Shown: positions 59,991-64,000 of the stretch, piece by piece | Layout: every line of letters starts with the position of its first letter | Numbering within the stretch: position 1 is the stretch's first letter | IMG/VR virus record: IMGVR_UViG_3300027819_000006 | From: a virus | Taxonomy: Duplodnaviria > Caudoviricetes | Reading direction: 5' to 3' (one strand) | DNA length: 64,000 nucleotides | Position numbers and translations under genes: made by a program | Notes under the pieces: model-generated | What the model was told of the DNA's origin: nothing | The model's database searches: none | Seen by the model: the letters and a program-made list of their open reading frames with translations, nothing else

Positions 59991-60072
59991 AAAGACTTAC
60001 AGTGTGGATAAGAAATAATAGCAAAGCTATTTTCACTGTAAGTCTTTGTAAACTACTATTATTTCTTATCCA
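59991..60072 (-). repeat. interleaved double inverted repeat, copy 4
   Basis: 14-bp IR 59991-60004/60034-60047 and 17-bp IR 60005-60021/60056-60072, both perfect. Confidence 0.9.
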
Positions 60073-60105
60073 ATAATAAATATATTTGAGAAAATGCAAA
60101 ATGCA

Positions 60106-62484
60106 TTATTTTAGTTTACATTTTATAAAAAATCCCTTATCGATATCTTGTAAATATTCATATTCTAAATTTACTAAATTTAACAAATATTCTATAGCTT
60201 TAGGAGTTGGTAGCCATACGTGCTCTCCCTTACCTATGGTTTGCCATCTCTGCATATGTTCTTGTGCTTCTATGCATCTAAAATTTGGACATCCTATAAA
60301 TAATAGTGAATTTTCATGCATCAAATTTTTACAATTATTTAAGAATTCTAAAGGATTTGTATGCTCTATTACTTGATCAGAAAATAGAATATCAAATTTT
60401 TTATCAGTAAATAGTTCAAAACTACCATATAGAAGCTTGTTTTTTAATTCTGGGAATAATTCTAATCCTTTATCTATGCTGGGCTTATTTATATCTACTC
60501 CTACAGCATCATAGCCTTCTTCTATAGCAGCTTTTACAACCAGTCCGCAGTTAGCTCCAATATCTATAAAAGAACCTGAATTTTTGTACTGCTTAGCTTT
60601 CAAAACATTGGGTTTAGAATGATTATTAAAAACTTCTTGCCATCTAAAACTATATTCATCAGATATATTCTTCTCTTGATCTATATGTATATTGTAATCA
60701 TTTTTCTGTATGAAATCTAATTCCTCATTTACATAGTATTGACTTCCTGGAATATTAAAATAGAATTTAGATTTTTTGCTATTATCTATCATTAGCTTAG
60801 GTTTTTCTAAGAATTTATCAATAGCTGCTATAACATGCTCTGGTTCGATGCTAGACATGCATATAAATTGACTAGTGTTTACGCATTTTGGAATAAAAGT
60901 TAATCCACCATTGTCTAACAAGTTAAAAAATTGTGAATGTTTGCATGAAATGCATTCTAGAGCATTATTCTGTATATAGTATATATATTCTCTGTTAGCA
61001 TTGCTTAAATAAGTAGAAGCTGCTCCATTGATAGCGATAGAGGGAATATTAAATGATCTTGCTATATGAATTGGACCATTATCTCCACCTAAGAAAAATT
61101 CGCTATGTTTAATTAGAGATAATAGTGTTTTTAAATCGACTTTATGATACTTGCTGTCTGTCAATTCAGAAAAATCAGATAGACCAGGCTCTATTACTTT
61201 ATGACCTTTTTTTTGTAAATATTCTATTATAGATTTATATTTAGCTTGTCCTAAAGTTTTTCCTCCCCACCCGCTACCATCTGCTACTACCACAACATAG
61301 GGTTTTAAATGAGAAAAATCTTCATATAGATGATTACTATTATCTAGTTCAGCATATTTATCTTTTGGATTATTAAACGTTATATCTGCTGTTCTAGCAT
61401 AGGAATCAATGAATAATTTATTTTTTGAGCTCTCATATGATAGATCGAGAGAGATTTTTAACTGATGATTAGTATTGTTTAAATGATCTTCTAATATTAA
61501 TTTGTCATCTATTTTTACTATTTCATCGGGCTTATGAGCAAAATATTCTACTATTTCAGGTTTAGCTGTATAGAAAGTAATTTTGCATCCTTCATATTTT
61601 TGTCTTAATTTCTTTACTATCGGCTCACATAGCAATATATCTCCAATACCAACTACACGAGAAATTCCAATGTCAACTATTCCAGATGTCTGTTTTAGTA
61701 TATCTAATATTCTATTATTGTGTTCTGTAAATGCAGCATTTCCCATCAGAGTTGGAAATGTTCTCTTTATTTCTATATCATCATCTTTTTCTATAATTTC
61801 TTCTTTAATGTCTACAGATTTAGGTGCTCCAATTTGCTTAGCTATATCTTCCAAAGACATCTGCTGTTTTCCACCACCAAATTTGACCCATTGAACAACA
61901 GTAATTTCTGCTGGTATGCAACCTCTATATCCTTTTTCTGCCCATTGCTTCAGTACAAGCCCAGGCATGAATAGAGGCTGTCCATCTTTTACTTCTACAC
62001 ATTTATTCCAGTCTACTTCTACATCTTTGAAATGACAGATTTCATCTAAACATATTTCTTCTATTTTTGGAGGATTTGATATTCTGAAACCAATTGTATT
62101 CAGAGGATGATCTGGAATATCTACATTTCTATATTCGCAATGTCCAAGAGCATATTTACAGTGCTTATTATTTGCAAAATCTTCTAAATGTGCAGCTATA
62201 TGTCTTGGAAACCACATTATGTTATTGACAGTCTTGTAAAAAATAATATCAGCAGAAGCTAACTTAAGTGCCTCATTGAATAGAGAGACACTCTCGTCAG
62301 TTTTAATAAATCTTATATTTAGAGATATTTCTTTACACTTCTCTTTAACAGTATCTAAATCTCTTATAGAAGACACAATTAAATCTATATTTTTATGAGT
62401 CTGTTCAAACACATTCTTGATAGAGTTTTGAACATGTATGTCATCTGAATTTTCAGCTATTAATATGACGGTTACTAAATCCAA
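60106..62484 (-). CDS. multidomain GT2-like + GT9 + SAM methyltransferase protein
   Basis: N-terminal GT-A-like; GIGDILL..GGDNGPIHIA (GT9); FIDIGANCG..DQVIEH (MTase). Confidence 0.85.
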   Translation of the reverse strand: MDLVTVILIAENSDDIHVQNSIKNVFEQTHKNIDLIVSSIRDLDTVKEKCKEISLNIRFIKTDESVSLFNEALKLASADIIFYKTVNNIMWFPRHIAAHLEDFANNKHCKYALGHCEYRNVDIPDHPLNTIGFRISNPPKIEEICLDEICHFKDVEVDWNKCVEVKDGQPLFMPGLVLKQWAEKGYRGCIPAEITVVQWVKFGGGKQQMSLEDIAKQIGAPKSVDIKEEIIEKDDDIEIKRTFPTLMGNAAFTEHNNRILDILKQTSGIVDIGISRVVGIGDILLCEPIVKKLRQKYEGCKITFYTAKPEIVEYFAHKPDEIVKIDDKLILEDHLNNTNHQLKISLDLSYESSKNKLFIDSYARTADITFNNPKDKYAELDNSNHLYEDFSHLKPYVVVVADGSGWGGKTLGQAKYKSIIEYLQKKGHKVIEPGLSDFSELTDSKYHKVDLKTLLSLIKHSEFFLGGDNGPIHIARSFNIPSIAINGAASTYLSNANREYIYYIQNNALECISCKHSQFFNLLDNGGLTFIPKCVNTSQFICMSSIEPEHVIAAIDKFLEKPKLMIDNSKKSKFYFNIPGSQYYVNEELDFIQKNDYNIHIDQEKNISDEYSFRWQEVFNNHSKPNVLKAKQYKNSGSFIDIGANCGLVVKAAIEEGYDAVGVDINKPSIDKGLELFPELKNKLLYGSFELFTDKKFDILFSDQVIEHTNPLEFLNNCKNLMHENSLLFIGCPNFRCIEAQEHMQRWQTIGKGEHVWLPTPKAIEYLLNLVNLEYEYLQDIDKGFFIKCKLK

Positions 62485-62491
62485 GTTTTTA

Positions 62492-63737
62492 TTAACCTAC
62501 CTTTTCTTCATCATACTGATCTTCTAAATCAGATCTCTTATGAATAATTTTTACAAGTCTTGTGTCAATTTTCTTAATTTCAGATACATTCTCAGAATTA
62601 TGTTTAGTCAGAACAATACAATTTCTATAATTAGACCAGTCAACCATGAATTTGTTGTCTAAATTTCCATTGTTCTGTATTTTTACAAGCTCATTAAGAG
62701 CATTCAAAGTATATAGAGTGTTTGTATCTTTCTTTCTGTGTAGAGATACAGTATTTTCTACTATATCAGAAAATTTATTAATCTTGTCCTTGTCAACATT
62801 ATAAGTCAGAACATATTGATGTGGTTTTGTAGTGTCTCTAAGAAGAAATACTTTCTCATTGATGACACTAAAATTATTAAAAATGTCATAAACAGTGTTT
62901 CTAATACTTCCTTTTTTGACGAATGTTGCTAATAACATTAGATTTACATTCTGTCCATTGTAACCCTTATTTTCTGATTCTATAACAACCTCTTGATCTT
63001 CCATGACAAAACTAATCCTTTCTTGAAACTAATATGTTTAATTGTTTGTGAACCAATTCGTGTAGAAGATCTAATGATTCTTTTTCTTCTACTTTCATTT
63101 CACTTAATATTTTTATAAAACTAACAGCAAAATTTTTAAACTTGTAGTCTTCAAAAAATTCTACTAGATATTCTTCTGGAATTTTATTTAGGATAGTAGA
63201 GGCAATATCTTCTTTACTGATTATCTTCACTATTTCTTTAATCTCATCTACTATTACAGCCTTATTCATGTCATCTAAATCTCTACCATCCAATAAAGAG
63301 TTTAATTCATCTACTACATTTTTAAACACTCTATATAGTTTTCTTTTATCTTTTACTATCCAGTTCTCATATTGCTCAGCATTACCAGTAAAAGAAACTA
63401 TGTCATTCACATTAATATAGTGAGTACCATCAGATCTGCTTCTGATTTTGTTGACTAAATATGATTCTAGTAGATGTTTAACTTTCTTAAACATCTCTTC
63501 ATCATGCATGAATTTGTTTCTTAGAGCCATCATGGACTCACTTACTACAAATTCATAGATGTTTTTAATTTTTTCTAATAGCTCTGATTTGCTACTTTCA
63601 TCTGAAACTTTAGATGTTCTAATGTTGTTTTTGTCTTGAATATGCTTTTTAAATTTGTCAAAAACATCTTCTTTATTGATTCTAAATAATATTTCTATAG
63701 GAGCTGTAGCTTTGTCTGCTGTTTCTTCTGACATCAA
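62492..63737 (-). CDS. two hypothetical proteins (62492-63004, 63012-63737)
   Basis: long ORFs with RBS. Confidence 0.65.
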
Positions 63738-64000
63738 ATTTCTCCAATTTTGTTACATTTTAGAGTATAAAGAACAAATTCATTTTCTAAAATATTTAAT
63801 GATTCTTTTACTATATCAAATAGCAAATGATGCTCTTCTACAAAACAGTCTAATATAATAGAATCATGCTTTGTAGCTATTATTTTTGACTTCAAGTTGT
63901 TTCTAATAATGTTTGATTGAAAATTTGACACAAACTTTAAGAATATACATACTGCTTCATTCTGACAAAGATTATTAATGCTCTTGTCTTGAACATCTTC
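63734..64000 (-). CDS. C-terminus of family A DNA polymerase-like protein (partial)
   Basis: open frame to window end; N..CQNEAV and TKHDSIILD (motif C-like). Confidence 0.6.
   Translation of the reverse strand, partial: EDVQDKSINNLCQNEAVCIFLKFVSNFQSNIIRNNLKSKIIATKHDSIILDCFVEEHHLLFDIVKESLNILENEFVLYTLKCNKIGEI

Noticed and set aside
6337-63737. Alternative genetic code (stop-codon reassignment)
   Set aside because: Known enzymes (ThyA, ligase, NadE, PARP) are full-length in code 11; breaks are mostly frameshifts, not recurrent in-frame TAG or TGA
908-63858. Plus-strand ORFs in the ORF track
   Set aside because: Nearly all are antisense shadows of minus-strand genes or tRNAs with no motifs
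1-64000. CRISPR array
   Set aside because: No regularly spaced direct repeats of 25-45 nt seen

Overview
AT-rich segment of a large (jumbo/huge) dsDNA phage genome, read in the standard genetic code, with essentially all genes on the minus strand. Bases 1-6000 are a tRNA cluster (17 tRNAs plus tRNA fragments, putative small structured RNAs and free-standing nucleases); an isolated tRNA-Trp lies at about 19.8 kb. Bases 6-24 kb carry nucleotide, NAD and translation functions: ThyA, EF-Ts, Rnl2-like RNA ligase, metallophosphoesterase, WGR-PARP, DEDD exonuclease, NadE, ATP-dependent DNA ligase, Nudix, HNH, ClpP and a subtilase with a dockerin-like tail. Bases 24.6-62.5 kb are a large glycan and methyltransferase island (radical SAM, GmhA, HddA, RfaE2, RmlC/RmlD, two NDP-sugar epimerases, GT2/GT4/GT9 enzymes) interspersed with homing-type nucleases, a TnpB, topoisomerase IB and many small ORFs. 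The window ends in a PolA-like C-terminus. The most unusual observations are: (1) four sequence-unrelated but architecturally identical interleaved double inverted repeats, each directly upstream of a mobile nuclease gene; (2) a CxC-x8-G-CxC motif in nine otherwise unrelated ORFs, near the C-terminus in eight; (3) a tRNA-Asn split by a 35-nt insert in its anticodon, close to RNA-repair enzymes. All calls come from reading motifs by eye; no database searches or folding programs were run.
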